A stretch of 64,000 bases of DNA from Dehalococcoidia bacterium (GTDB lineage Bacteria > Chloroflexota > Dehalococcoidia > Lucifugimonadales > CATOSD01). The stretch lies in assembly GCA_965262385.1 (NCBI GenBank), contig CBDHFB010000016.1, positions 2,011,381 through 2,075,380 on the forward strand, given 5' to 3'. Below the pieces are notes generated by a model that saw only the letters and a program-made list of their open reading frames with translations, was not told the origin of the DNA and searched no databases. This document shows, piece after piece, positions 17,412 to 26,406 of the stretch. Position numbers and translations under genes: made by a program. How positions within the stretch are numbered: position 1 is the first letter of the stretch; each line of letters opens with the position of its first letter.

Positions 17412-18533
17412 CTAGATTACCATCAACTCTGAGGTGGGCATGAAGGTTGTTACCCACTCGGGGCCGTCCTCTCTTATCACCACCACGTCCTCTATGTGGT
17501 AACCCTCGCGGCCGGGCCAGCGCACCCGCGTTTCCACGCTGAAGACCATGTTGGGGCGGAGCTCGGTGTGCTCGTCGGCCGACAGCATGGGGGCCTCGTG
17601 GATGTACAGCCCCACGCCGTGGCCGGCGAAGGCCAGGCCCTTGAAGGGGATGTTCACGCGCTCGTAGCCCTTGGCGGCGACGTCGAAGACGTGGGCCGCC
17701 GTCACGCCGGGCTGCATCGACTCGATGGTTTCCTGGTGCACCTCGGCCAGTCGGGCGTAGACCGACCGCTGCTCCGGCGTGGCCTTCCCCAGCACCGCGG
17801 TGCGGCCGATGTCCGAGTAGTAGCCCGAAAAGTAGCCGCCGCAGTCCGTCTTGAGCAGGTCTCCCTCGCGAGCAACGAAGTCGGTAGGATCGGGGTGGGC
17901 GTGGCCGGTGTTCGGACCGACGGTGAGGTAGAGGAACGCGGGAAGGTCGGCGCCCGCCTGCAAGATGTTGGCGCCGAGCCGGTTGACCAGGTTGCGCTCG
18001 GTGTCGCCGGGCTGGGCGGTGGAGTAGGTGGACATGAGGGCGCGCTCGGTGGCGACGGCGGCGCGCGTGAGCAGCTCGACCTCGGCGGGCGTCTTCACCA
18101 TGCGGGCGCGCTCGAAGAGCTGCTCGCACGGGGCGAGCTGGGCCTCGGGCATGGCGCGGAGCAGCTCGCGGTGGAAGTCGGCGGACAGGTAGCTGGGCTC
18201 GATGCCGATGCGGCCCGCGCCCAGGCCTCGCTCGCGCAGCACGTCGGCCAGCACGTCTATCGGCGATTCGCGGTGCTGCACGTAGCCGCGCACGTCCCCT
18301 ATCCAGGACTTCTCGCGCACGTAGCCCTCTTCGTTGGTGGCCACGATGAACGTGGGATCGCCGTCGCGCGGCCACACCACCAGCGCAAGCCTGTCGCGTA
18401 TGGTGCGCTGCGTCCACAGCAGGACGCCGGAGGTGTACGGCACGTTTTCCGGCGACATGGCGACGATGGCGTCGAAGTCGCTTGCGGCCACTTCTCGGCT
18501 GAGCTCGTCCAGGTTGCCGAGGATGTCGGTCAT
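17412..18533 (-). CDS. M24-family metallopeptidase (Xaa-Pro aminopeptidase/creatinase-like)
   Basis: Creatinase-type N-terminal domain plus a pita-bread fold (DCGGYFSGYYSDIGRT, GHGVGLYIHE). Confidence 0.85.
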   Translation of the reverse strand: MTDILGNLDELSREVAASDFDAIVAMSPENVPYTSGVLLWTQRTIRDRLALVVWPRDGDPTFIVATNEEGYVREKSWIGDVRGYVQHRESPIDVLADVLRERGLGAGRIGIEPSYLSADFHRELLRAMPEAQLAPCEQLFERARMVKTPAEVELLTRAAVATERALMSTYSTAQPGDTERNLVNRLGANILQAGADLPAFLYLTVGPNTGHAHPDPTDFVAREGDLLKTDCGGYFSGYYSDIGRTAVLGKATPEQRSVYARLAEVHQETIESMQPGVTAAHVFDVAAKGYERVNIPFKGLAFAGHGVGLYIHEAPMLSADEHTELRPNMVFSVETRVRWPGREGYHIEDVVVIREDGPEWVTTFMPTSELMVI

Positions 18534-18569
18534 GGTGTGTTCTCCCTGGTGGGTGTTTGGAGCCCTAAC

Positions 18570-18594
18570 GGGCGGGTTTGAAACCCGCCCCTAC
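18570..18594 (+). repeat. REP-A element
   Basis: GGGCGGGTTTGAAACCCGCCCCTAC. Confidence 0.9.
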
Positions 18595-18632
18595 GCGAGG
18601 TGCATCCGACGCCCAATTTTTCGTTTGGCGCG

Positions 18633-19685
18633 CTAGAAGCGGCGGGACGAGACGCGGAATGATTGGGCGACGGTGGCCTTGAGGATGTTCACCACGTCGA
18701 GGGATACGCTTTCGGGCGTGCCGTCGCAGGTGGGGGTTGTCATCACCGTGGCACCGTCGGCGCAGCCCATGTTGGCGAGGTGGTGGAGCACCCTGCGCTC
18801 GGCCGCGGCGTCGTGCATCATGTCCTGGTTGTCGTTGACCATCGCCAGAGCGGCCTCCAGGCCGGAGATGCCCCAGTTGGACGTGGCGGCGACTATGAGC
18901 GCGTCCGATTCGACCACGCTGACTATGCCGTCCTCGCAGGGGCAGCGGCAGGTCTCGCCCCAGTTTACGATGCCGCGCGTCTCCTCGAAAATCGAGCCGA
19001 AGCCTATCTCGTTGCCGCCGTCGCCCACCGACACGGTGAGTATGCCCCGCTCGCGGGCCACGTCCACGATGTGGTCCACCTTGCACCTGTCCTGCGGCTC
19101 GCGCTCGGTGCCGCCCGCGCTGTGGTAGCGGCCCTTGCGGTTTCGCCCCAGGCGCTCTGAGGTCACCACCAGCGAGAAGTCGTACCTGTCCATCAGCTCC
19201 TCGGCCGCCCTGCGGCTTCCCTCGTGGTCGGTAATGGGAAACTCCACCACGACCGCGGTGTGGTCGCGCTCGATGGCCTGCTCGTAGGGCATGGGCAGCA
19301 GCCCGACGGCGCGGCACGCCTCCTCCATGAGGTTGACGAGCGGCGGTTCGTTGGCAAAGAAGGGCTTCGCGCCCAGTCCGAGGTCAAGCGACAGGGCGAG
19401 CGTCGCGCCGCCCGGCGGTCCGTCCATCTCGCCGACGGGAAAGTGCAGCGGGTGGTAGCTGCCGGTGAGGATGAGCACGTTGTCGTCGCGCTTCACGCGC
19501 TCGGATATGAGCTCGGCGGCCAGCAGGCACAGGGGACGCCCGAACCTGGCGCGCGCAGCGTCGTACATCTCCACGGCCTTCATCGGCTGGAACATGTTGC
19601 CGCGTGACTTGCCGACCGGCGTTGTCACCAGGCGGTCTATCACCTCTCCGTACTGCTCGAGGTCGGCCTGCGGGATTGTTGGCAT
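18633..19685 (-). CDS. DUF4392 (D-glutamate cyclase-like) protein
   Basis: SVGDGGNEIGFG block and overall length fit DUF4392. The assignment is from memory of the family. Confidence 0.55.
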   Translation of the reverse strand: MPTIPQADLEQYGEVIDRLVTTPVGKSRGNMFQPMKAVEMYDAARARFGRPLCLLAAELISERVKRDDNVLILTGSYHPLHFPVGEMDGPPGGATLALSLDLGLGAKPFFANEPPLVNLMEEACRAVGLLPMPYEQAIERDHTAVVVEFPITDHEGSRRAAEELMDRYDFSLVVTSERLGRNRKGRYHSAGGTEREPQDRCKVDHIVDVARERGILTVSVGDGGNEIGFGSIFEETRGIVNWGETCRCPCEDGIVSVVESDALIVAATSNWGISGLEAALAMVNDNQDMMHDAAAERRVLHHLANMGCADGATVMTTPTCDGTPESVSLDVVNILKATVAQSFRVSSRRF

Positions 19686-19723
19686 GGGGTTTGCTCCTCG
19701 TGTGCGTATTGGGTCGCCAGCAC

Positions 19724-19748
19724 GGGCGGGTTTGAAACCCGCCCCTAC
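19724..19748 (+). repeat. REP-A element
   Basis: GGGCGGGTTTGAAACCCGCCCCTAC. Confidence 0.9.
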
Positions 19749-19806
19749 CGTAGGCTACGGCGAGACCCGTCATGCGCCGCGGCCCGTGGCCGTTCGCCAA
19801 CGACCT

Positions 19807-21228
19807 CTACGCCAGGACCGGATGACGCTGGCTCCAGTCGTTGGCTTGCTCGTAGGCGTGAGCGGCCTGGAAGATAGTCTCGTCCTGGTGCATCCGGCCG
19901 CTGAATTGCAGGCCCAGGGGCAGGCCATCGCTGGAGAAGCCGCAGGGCACCGAGACGGCGGGAAGACCGGACATGTTGAAGGTGGTACTGTTGTTGCGCA
20001 CGGCGAACACGCCGCGCACGACCTCGCCGACCGTGGTTATCCTGGTTTGCGTGGCCTCTATCGGCGGAGCCGGACCCGACGTCGTGGGCGACACCAGAAC
20101 GTCCACACTCTCCATCAGCTTGAACATCTCGCGGCGCAGCAGCGCGCGCGCCCGCTGGGCCTTGCTTACCATCGACGCCGGCACCAGGTTGGCCAGCAGC
20201 AGCCGAACGCGTGTGGCGTAGTCGTAGTCGCCGGGGCTGTCGAACAGCCGCTGCTCGTGCAGCCTGGGGTTGTCGACGTCGCAGAGGGACATGTAGATCG
20301 CGCCGGCGTACTCGACGATGGGGGCCGACACCTCGTCAACGATGGCGCCCATTCCCGCAAGCTGCTCCGCGGCCGTCTCCACGGCCTGCCGTGTCTCCGG
20401 GTGCACGCCCTCGGCTTGAGTCAGCTCGCGCAGCACACCAACGCGAAGGCCCTCGACACCCTGCCCCAGCCTGGACGTGTAGTCCGGCACTGGGCGGCGC
20501 GAGGTGAGCCTGTCGTTCTCGTCCCGCCCGGCGATTGCTCCCAGCATCCAGGCGCAGTCGCGCACCGTGTGGGTCATCGGGCCGGCGGTGTCCAGCGACC
20601 ACGAGAGCGGCACAATGCCGTGGCGCGACACCGTGCCGCTGCTGGGCTTAACGCCCACCACGCCGCAGAACGACGCGGGGTTGCGTATGGAGCCGGCGGT
20701 GTCTTCGCCGATGGACGCGGTGGACAGCCCGGCGGCGACGGCGATGCCGGAGCCGCTGCTGGAGCCGCCGGGGCTGCGATCGAGGCTCCACGGGTTGCGC
20801 GGCAGGCCGTAGGTGTGGGCCAGCGTGCCGCCCATGGCGAACTCGTTGAGGTTCAGCTTGCCGAGAAGCACGGCGCCCGCGGCGTCCAGCCTCTTCACGA
20901 TGGTTGCGTCCTCGTCCGGGACGAAGTCCGCGAGGATGCTCGAGCCGGCCGTGGTCCGGACGCCCCTGGTGTACACCTGGTCCTTCAGTGCAATGGGGAT
21001 GCCGTGCATCGGGCCGCGGTACTCGCCGCGGGCGATGGCGTCGTCGGCCTCTGCCGCCGAGCGCAGCGCCTGCTCGCCCGTCACGGTTATGTACGCGCTG
21101 AGCCGCTGATTATGCCGCTCGATGCGCTCCAGGAAGGTGCGCGTCAACTCCAGCGACGACACCTGCCTCTCACGGATTAGTGGGGTGAGCCGCTCTATGC
21201 TGGCAAACGCCAGATCTTCAGCGTTCAT
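19807..21228 (-). CDS. Amidase-signature family amidase (GatA/AtzE-like)
   Basis: GGSSSGSG motif and KDQ...TTAGS. Confidence 0.9.
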   Translation of the reverse strand: MNAEDLAFASIERLTPLIRERQVSSLELTRTFLERIERHNQRLSAYITVTGEQALRSAAEADDAIARGEYRGPMHGIPIALKDQVYTRGVRTTAGSSILADFVPDEDATIVKRLDAAGAVLLGKLNLNEFAMGGTLAHTYGLPRNPWSLDRSPGGSSSGSGIAVAAGLSTASIGEDTAGSIRNPASFCGVVGVKPSSGTVSRHGIVPLSWSLDTAGPMTHTVRDCAWMLGAIAGRDENDRLTSRRPVPDYTSRLGQGVEGLRVGVLRELTQAEGVHPETRQAVETAAEQLAGMGAIVDEVSAPIVEYAGAIYMSLCDVDNPRLHEQRLFDSPGDYDYATRVRLLLANLVPASMVSKAQRARALLRREMFKLMESVDVLVSPTTSGPAPPIEATQTRITTVGEVVRGVFAVRNNSTTFNMSGLPAVSVPCGFSSDGLPLGLQFSGRMHQDETIFQAAHAYEQANDWSQRHPVLA

Positions 21229-21229
21229 G

Positions 21230-21418
21230 CTAAACGTCCTCGGGCCGCGAGACCCACGTCACGGGGTCCACGCCCTGCCACTCGAGATTGTCGATCTTGT
21301 CCATCGTCCAGAGCAGCCCATTGAACCGCGCGGCCACCTCGTCCAGCTCTTCCGGACCGACGGGCACGCCCAGGATGTCGGCGATGGTTTGGATGTCTTG
21401 TGCGGAAAGTTCTTTCAT
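21230..21418 (-). CDS. Small GatC/AtzG-like protein (62 aa) coupled to the amidase
   Basis: MKELSAQDIQTIADILGVPVGPEELDEVAARFNGLL.... Its stop lies 1 nt from the amidase start. Only the last 62 codons of ORF 21230-22183 are credible. Confidence 0.5.
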   Translation of the reverse strand: MKELSAQDIQTIADILGVPVGPEELDEVAARFNGLLWTMDKIDNLEWQGVDPVTWVSRPEDV

Positions 21419-21443
21419 CTCGCGTTCCTGTCTAAGATTGTGG

Positions 21444-21468
21444 GGCCGGGTTTGAAACCCGCCCCTAC
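21444..21468 (+). repeat. REP-A element
   Basis: GGCCGGGTTTGAAACCCGCCCCTAC. Confidence 0.85.
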
Positions 21469-21498
21469 CGAGGGCCATTTCGCCGTCCTTGCCACCCC

Positions 21499-22440
21499 CT
21501 ACACCGGCCTGCCGCCCAGGCCGCGCAGGCGTGGGTCGAGGGTGTCGCGCAGGGCGTCGCCCAGCAGGTTTATGCCCAGCACGGTGAGGCTGAGCGCGAG
21601 GCCGGGGAAGAAGAGCATCCAGGGCGCGGAGCGGACGTACTGTTTCGCCTCGCCTCCCAGCATACCGCCCCAGGAGGGTATGTTGAAGGGTATCCCCACG
21701 CCCAGGAAGCTGAGCGTCGCCTCGGAGACAATCGCCAGGCCCAGCAGCACCGACGCCATGACAATTATGGGCGCGAAGCTGTTGGGCAGGATGTGGAGCA
21801 TGGTGATCCGCAGGTCGCCCGCTCCTATGGCGCGCGCGGCCTCGACGAACATGCTCTCCCTGAGCCCGAGCACGGTCGAGCGCACGACGCGAGCGACGAC
21901 GGGAATGCTGACTATGGAGAGCGAGACGATCACGTTCGCCACCGAAGGGCCGAGCACAGCCATAAAGGATAGAGCCAGGAACAGCGCCGGAATCGCCAGG
22001 ATGATGTCCATCATGCGCTGCAGGGTGTTGTCCACCCAACCGCCCAGGTAGCCGCTGACCAGCCCAATGACGGTGCCGATCGCCACGCTGATTATCACCA
22101 CCGAGAAGCCGACCAGCATGGAAATCTGCGTGCCGATTACCAGGCGGCTGTATATGTCCCTTGCCAGGTTGTCGGTGCCGCACCAGTAATCTAGCTGCGG
22201 CGCTACCTGCCGGGCGCCCGAAAAGCTCTCGTAGGGGTCGTGCATGGTGAGCAGCGGCGCGAACACCGCGACGAACGTCATCAGGGCGAGCAGCAGCGCT
22301 CCCGCCACGCCCAGCGGCTTGCGCGAGGCGAACCGCAGGCTCACGGAGGCAATGCTCGCCAGACCGGAGCGGGCGGTCGTCGCGCCGGTCTGCGCGTCGC
22401 GGTTGGTGCCGCCTGCCGCGTTGTGAGTTTCGTTGGCCAT
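21499..22440 (-). CDS. Peptide/nickel ABC transporter permease (DppC/OppC-like)
   Basis: Binding-protein-dependent transport permease with an N-terminal OppC-type extension. Confidence 0.85.
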   Translation of the reverse strand: MANETHNAAGGTNRDAQTGATTARSGLASIASVSLRFASRKPLGVAGALLLALMTFVAVFAPLLTMHDPYESFSGARQVAPQLDYWCGTDNLARDIYSRLVIGTQISMLVGFSVVIISVAIGTVIGLVSGYLGGWVDNTLQRMMDIILAIPALFLALSFMAVLGPSVANVIVSLSIVSIPVVARVVRSTVLGLRESMFVEAARAIGAGDLRITMLHILPNSFAPIIVMASVLLGLAIVSEATLSFLGVGIPFNIPSWGGMLGGEAKQYVRSAPWMLFFPGLALSLTVLGINLLGDALRDTLDPRLRGLGGRPV

Positions 22441-22446
22441 TGGCGT

Positions 22447-23460
22447 CTACCTGACTCGTATCCTCGGGTCCAAAAACCCGTAGCTGAGGTCCACCAGGAG
22501 GTTTATGGTCACAAACGCGAAAGCGATTATGAGGATGATGATCTCGACGATAGGATAGTCCCTACGCTGGATCGACTCTATCAGGAAGCGGCCCATTCCG
22601 GGCAGGCTGAAGACCGTTTCGATGACCACGGCACCGCCCATCAGGGCGCCCGCCTGCAGGCCGAACAGCGTGACCACCGGCAGCACGGCGTTGCGGAGCC
22701 CGTGGCGGTAGACCACCAGCGACTCCACAAGGCCCTTTGCCCTGGCAGTGCGCATGTAGTCCTGGCGCAGCACCTCCAGCATCTGGGCGCGGGTCATGCG
22801 CGTTATCGCGGCGTTGTTGAAGTAGGCGATGACAAGCACCGGCCACGCCAACGTTTTCAGGTTGGTCAACGGGTCGTCCCAGATGTAGACGGTGCCGAGA
22901 GGAGGGAACCAGTGAAACACCTTCACGAGGAACAGCAGCACCAGCAGTCCCATTACGAACGTGGGGATGGCGAGGCCGGTGACCGAGAACACCATTATGG
23001 AGCGGTCTACCATCGTGTCCTGGCGCACCGCGGCGACCACGCCTATGAATACCGCCGACACCGTGGCTATCGCCATGCTCAAGAAGGCAAGCTCGAGAGT
23101 GAGCACCATCTTGGGCTTGAGTTCGTCCACTATCGGGGAGTTGAGGTATAGCGACGTGCCCCAATCGAGGGTTACGAATCGGCCCAGCCAGCTCAGGTAC
23201 TGCGCATACATCGGTCGGTCCAGGCCCATGCGGGCGCGCAACGATTCGTACTCTTCCTGGGTGAAGGGGATGTCGCCGGAGCTGCCCGCCAGTATCAGAA
23301 GCGCGGGGTCGCCCGGCACGAGCCGCACGAGCACGAAGACGAGCAGCGACGCCCCTATCAGCGTGGGGATGAAGAGCATCAGCCGCCTGGCGAGGTATTG
23401 GCCCAAACGCCTACCTCCATCCCAAAGCTGGGGTGGCGGCCCGCGGCCGGGGACCACCAC
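22447..23460 (-). CDS. Peptide/nickel ABC transporter permease (DppB/OppB-like)
   Basis: LGQYLARRLMLFIPTLIGASLLVF N-terminus. The true start is probably downstream of 23460. Confidence 0.85.
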   Translation of the reverse strand: MVVPGRGPPPQLWDGGRRLGQYLARRLMLFIPTLIGASLLVFVLVRLVPGDPALLILAGSSGDIPFTQEEYESLRARMGLDRPMYAQYLSWLGRFVTLDWGTSLYLNSPIVDELKPKMVLTLELAFLSMAIATVSAVFIGVVAAVRQDTMVDRSIMVFSVTGLAIPTFVMGLLVLLFLVKVFHWFPPLGTVYIWDDPLTNLKTLAWPVLVIAYFNNAAITRMTRAQMLEVLRQDYMRTARAKGLVESLVVYRHGLRNAVLPVVTLFGLQAGALMGGAVVIETVFSLPGMGRFLIESIQRRDYPIVEIIILIIAFAFVTINLLVDLSYGFLDPRIRVR

Positions 23461-23592
23461 CGTGACTTAGGCAGAGGGCCGCGCCGTGCGCTTCCACGCC
23501 ACGACCACGGCCCACTACCAAGATAGCTAATATATTGCCGCGCGCCCGCCGGGCCGCCTATCGGGGCGACCCGGCAACCACCATGAATACCT

Positions 23593-25326
23593 CTACTGCT
23601 TAAGCCACACGGACGCGAAGTTCGAGTGGTGCATGATGGTGTTCCAGGGAATGAATCCCTGTAGCTTGGACGAGTACACAAGCTGGATGTCGGGGCGTAT
23701 GGCCCAGCTCGTGTTGAGGTCCTTGAGCTGGATGTCGACCATCTGTCGCAGCAGCGCCGCGCGCCTGGCGCGGTCGAGCTCGCCGCGCTCCTGCTCCCAC
23801 AGCGCCGTGTACTCCGCCTTCAGGGCCTCGTCTTGCCAGTGGACGTTGGGGGACAGGTACACCTGGTCGATGAACGAGTCGGGGTCGGCGTAGCCGGTGT
23901 TGGTCTCCCATACGGTGGCGACAAAGTCCTGGTTGACGAAGGCTGTGATTCCGGCGCCCGGATCGAGCGCGCGTACCTCGGCGTTGACGTTGATGTCGCG
24001 AAGCTGGGAGGAGATGACCTCCGCAAGCTGCGGCGCCGGGAACACGCCGCTCTGAACCATGATAGAGACGTCGGCGCCGGCGCCGCCCGTCGCCTCTTCG
24101 ACCAGCTGCTTGGCCCTGGCCAAGTCTTCGGTCTTGTCGGCGCGAATGCCCGGGTACTTCAGCCAGTCCTCCATCGACAGCATCCAGGTGTCTGCCCAGT
24201 AGGGATGGCTGGGCTGGCCGGTGCCCTGCCCGACAATCTCAATGAGCTGCTGGCGGTTGATGGCCAGGTGCATGGCCTCGCGGATCTTGACGTCGTTGGT
24301 GGTGTCCGCGTTGACGTTCATGAACCAGAACAGCGCTCCGGGCGGCACGTAGCCGTGGACGTTGAGGTCATCGGGCCGGGCGTTCTGGAGGTCGGTCGCC
24401 TCCTGCTTGCTGATGGCGGGGAAGCCGGAGTGGATCTCGATGCGGCCGGACTCCAGGGCGGACAGCCGCGTCGCGTTGTCTGGAATCACGTAGATCTCGA
24501 TGCCGTCCATCAGAGGCAGACCCTCGACGTAGTAGCTGTCGTTGGCCTCGAGCTTGGTAACGTTGTTGCGCTGCCACTCCTGGACCTTGAAAGCACCGTT
24601 GCCGATCCAGTCGTTCTGGGTCAGGTCGGTAAGCTCGGCGACGGTGTCGATCGTGTCGGTCACGTGCTTGGGCAGTATGTGGAAGAACGGCTGCGTCCAG
24701 CAGGCGAAGTAGTTGACCGCCGGCTTCTCGAGGGAGACCTTGACGGTTGATTCGTCAATCTGCTCGACGCCGTCCACCAGCGCGTTGATGCACTTCAGGC
24801 GGCCAATGGGCATGTCGTTGGGCCGGTCGAGGATGCGCTGGAACGAGCTGACCACGTCGTCTGCGCCCAGGGCTTCGCCGTCGTGCCACTGGATGCCCTG
24901 GCGGATGGTGTAGGTCCACTCGGTGCCGTCGCCGCTGGAGTCCCACTTCGTGGCAATCTGGCCCGCTATCTCGTCCCTCTTGTTGGGGTCGACAGCCGCC
25001 AGGTGCTCGAACACGTTGCTGAAGAACATGAGCGCGGGGGTCGCGCCGTTGCGGTGCGGGTCGAAGTGGAAGACGTCGTAGGGGACGCTGGCGCGCAGTG
25101 TGCCTCCGCGCTCTCCGCTCATGGAGGCCGCTGGGGGCGCTGAGGTCGGGGCGGCCGGCATGGCGGTCGGGACCGCTGGCATGGCGGTCGGGGCCGCGGA
25201 CACGGTCGTAGGGGCAGCCGGCACCGGTGTGGGCTCCTCTTCCTCTTCCGCCGCGCAGGCGGCGAGTGTCAAAAGCAGCACAGGCAGCGCCAGCAGCGCG
25301 AGAATTTTCATTGCTCCTGCCTTCAT
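23593..25326 (-). CDS. ABC transporter substrate-binding lipoprotein, family 5 (peptide/nickel)
   Basis: Lipobox LLTLAAC, an acidic/Pro-rich linker and an SBP_bac_5-like body. Confidence 0.85.
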   Translation of the reverse strand: MKAGAMKILALLALPVLLLTLAACAAEEEEEPTPVPAAPTTVSAAPTAMPAVPTAMPAAPTSAPPAASMSGERGGTLRASVPYDVFHFDPHRNGATPALMFFSNVFEHLAAVDPNKRDEIAGQIATKWDSSGDGTEWTYTIRQGIQWHDGEALGADDVVSSFQRILDRPNDMPIGRLKCINALVDGVEQIDESTVKVSLEKPAVNYFACWTQPFFHILPKHVTDTIDTVAELTDLTQNDWIGNGAFKVQEWQRNNVTKLEANDSYYVEGLPLMDGIEIYVIPDNATRLSALESGRIEIHSGFPAISKQEATDLQNARPDDLNVHGYVPPGALFWFMNVNADTTNDVKIREAMHLAINRQQLIEIVGQGTGQPSHPYWADTWMLSMEDWLKYPGIRADKTEDLARAKQLVEEATGGAGADVSIMVQSGVFPAPQLAEVISSQLRDINVNAEVRALDPGAGITAFVNQDFVATVWETNTGYADPDSFIDQVYLSPNVHWQDEALKAEYTALWEQERGELDRARRAALLRQMVDIQLKDLNTSWAIRPDIQLVYSSKLQGFIPWNTIMHHSNFASVWLKQ

Positions 25327-25533
25327 AGCGGTGATCCTCCTCTAGTCTGGGCGACACTGCCCGTGTAACGCCGATGGCGGGGGCCAACGGTCGGCAACCA
25401 GGCGAGCCGACGGCTGGCTGGGCGACGCCAGTATCAAGACCGAAATACCTTACACCCGCGGCCCAAGTGCGTCAACCTGAGACATGCCCCCGAGCGCTGG
25501 GCCGCGCCCCAACATTCGCGACGCCCGCCCGCG

Positions 25534-25562
25534 TGGACGGGCACAAATGCAGAGCGTATAAT
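25534..25562 (+). promoter_or_regulatory. Sigma70-like promoter for tRNA-Leu
   Basis: TGGACG, then 17 nt, then TATAAT (25557-25562), about 40 nt upstream of the tRNA. Confidence 0.45.
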
Positions 25563-25604
25563 TTGGCTTCTGGCAGGCTGGCGCGCGCAGTGGGCCGGGG
25601 CTTC

Positions 25605-25686
25605 GGGGAAGTGTCGGAATTGGCAGACGAGCATGATTTAGGATCATGTGCCGAGAGGCGTGGGAGTTCGAGTCTCCCCTTCCCCA
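25605..25686 (+). tRNA. tRNA-Leu (anticodon UAG), type II
   Basis: Hand-folded. Acceptor GGGGAAG/CTTCCCC, D-loop AATTGGCAGA, anticodon loop TTTAGGA, 13-nt variable arm, T-loop TTCGAGT, discriminator A. No encoded CCA. Confidence 0.85.
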
Positions 25687-25857
25687 CTAGACTTGAATAC
25701 CGCCACAACCGGCAATCTCTATAACTGATGGACAGGCTAATGCCGTTGTGGCATATTCGTCGTGATCAGTTAAACCGAGTTCAACTCGCTCACGCGGAGT
25801 GCACTTACTGAGTCTAGGAGAAATACTTCGGACTCAAGGAACCATAGGGACAGGGTA

Positions 25858-26406
25858 TTGCAAATGGAACACCCAGATCTGCCAATTCACGAAATGGATC
25901 GGAGGCACCCTGGGCTCACTCAAGCGATTGCAGAGCACCAGACTGAAGGTGCGCGTGTATGCCTGGATCGACGCCACAAATCTCCCGCGACGTTTCTGAT
26001 AGAGGACTCTAAACGAGCAATTGAAAGTGTCGTGAAATGGACTCCTACAGACGAGCAAACCCAACGTGCCTGGGGAAATGAGAAATATGCCACGGAGCAT
26101 GGGGCCTATGCCTGCGCGTTGGCCGCAGTCGAACTTGCCTGTGGCCTGATTTCTGTAAGTCGTGCGGAAACGGGGACTGGTGTCGATTTCTATGTGGCAC
26201 CACCAGACACGTCCATCGATGACCTTGAGCATCATATCCGTCTTGAAGTGTCTGGAGTTGGCCGCGGCGACGGAGCAGCCGTTGCCAAGAGACTAACGGG
26301 TAAGCTGAATCAGGCCAAGAAAGGAAGCAGCAACCTCCCGGCAATTGCTGGGGTCGTCGGCTTTCCGACCAAGCAGATTCGTTTGGCACGTCTGGAGGAA
26401 TCATGA
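25858..26406 (+). CDS. Hypothetical protein, gene A of an overlapping two-gene cassette
   Basis: 182-aa ORF in AT-richer DNA just 3' of tRNA-Leu. No family recognised. The C-terminal half has GVDFYV...IRLEVSG, faintly PD-(D/E)xK-like. Confidence 0.6.
   Translation: MQMEHPDLPIHEMDRRHPGLTQAIAEHQTEGARVCLDRRHKSPATFLIEDSKRAIESVVKWTPTDEQTQRAWGNEKYATEHGAYACALAAVELACGLISVSRAETGTGVDFYVAPPDTSIDDLEHHIRLEVSGVGRGDGAAVAKRLTGKLNQAKKGSSNLPAIAGVVGFPTKQIRLARLEES

Noticed and set aside
16230-18417. Long minus-strand ORFs 16230-17345 and 16306-18417 (371 and 703 aa)
   Set aside because: They are antisense to the collagen-repeat gene or out of frame with the M24 peptidase. They are Pro/Arg/Ala-rich and are open only because GXY-coding repeats and high G+C suppress stops.
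19465-21180. 571-aa plus-strand ORF
   Set aside because: It is antisense to the amidase, which has clear signature motifs.
21419-22183. N-terminal 255 codons of ORF 21230-22183
   Set aside because: It is out of frame with the DppC-like permease. Only the last 62 codons (21230-21418) form a plausible gene.
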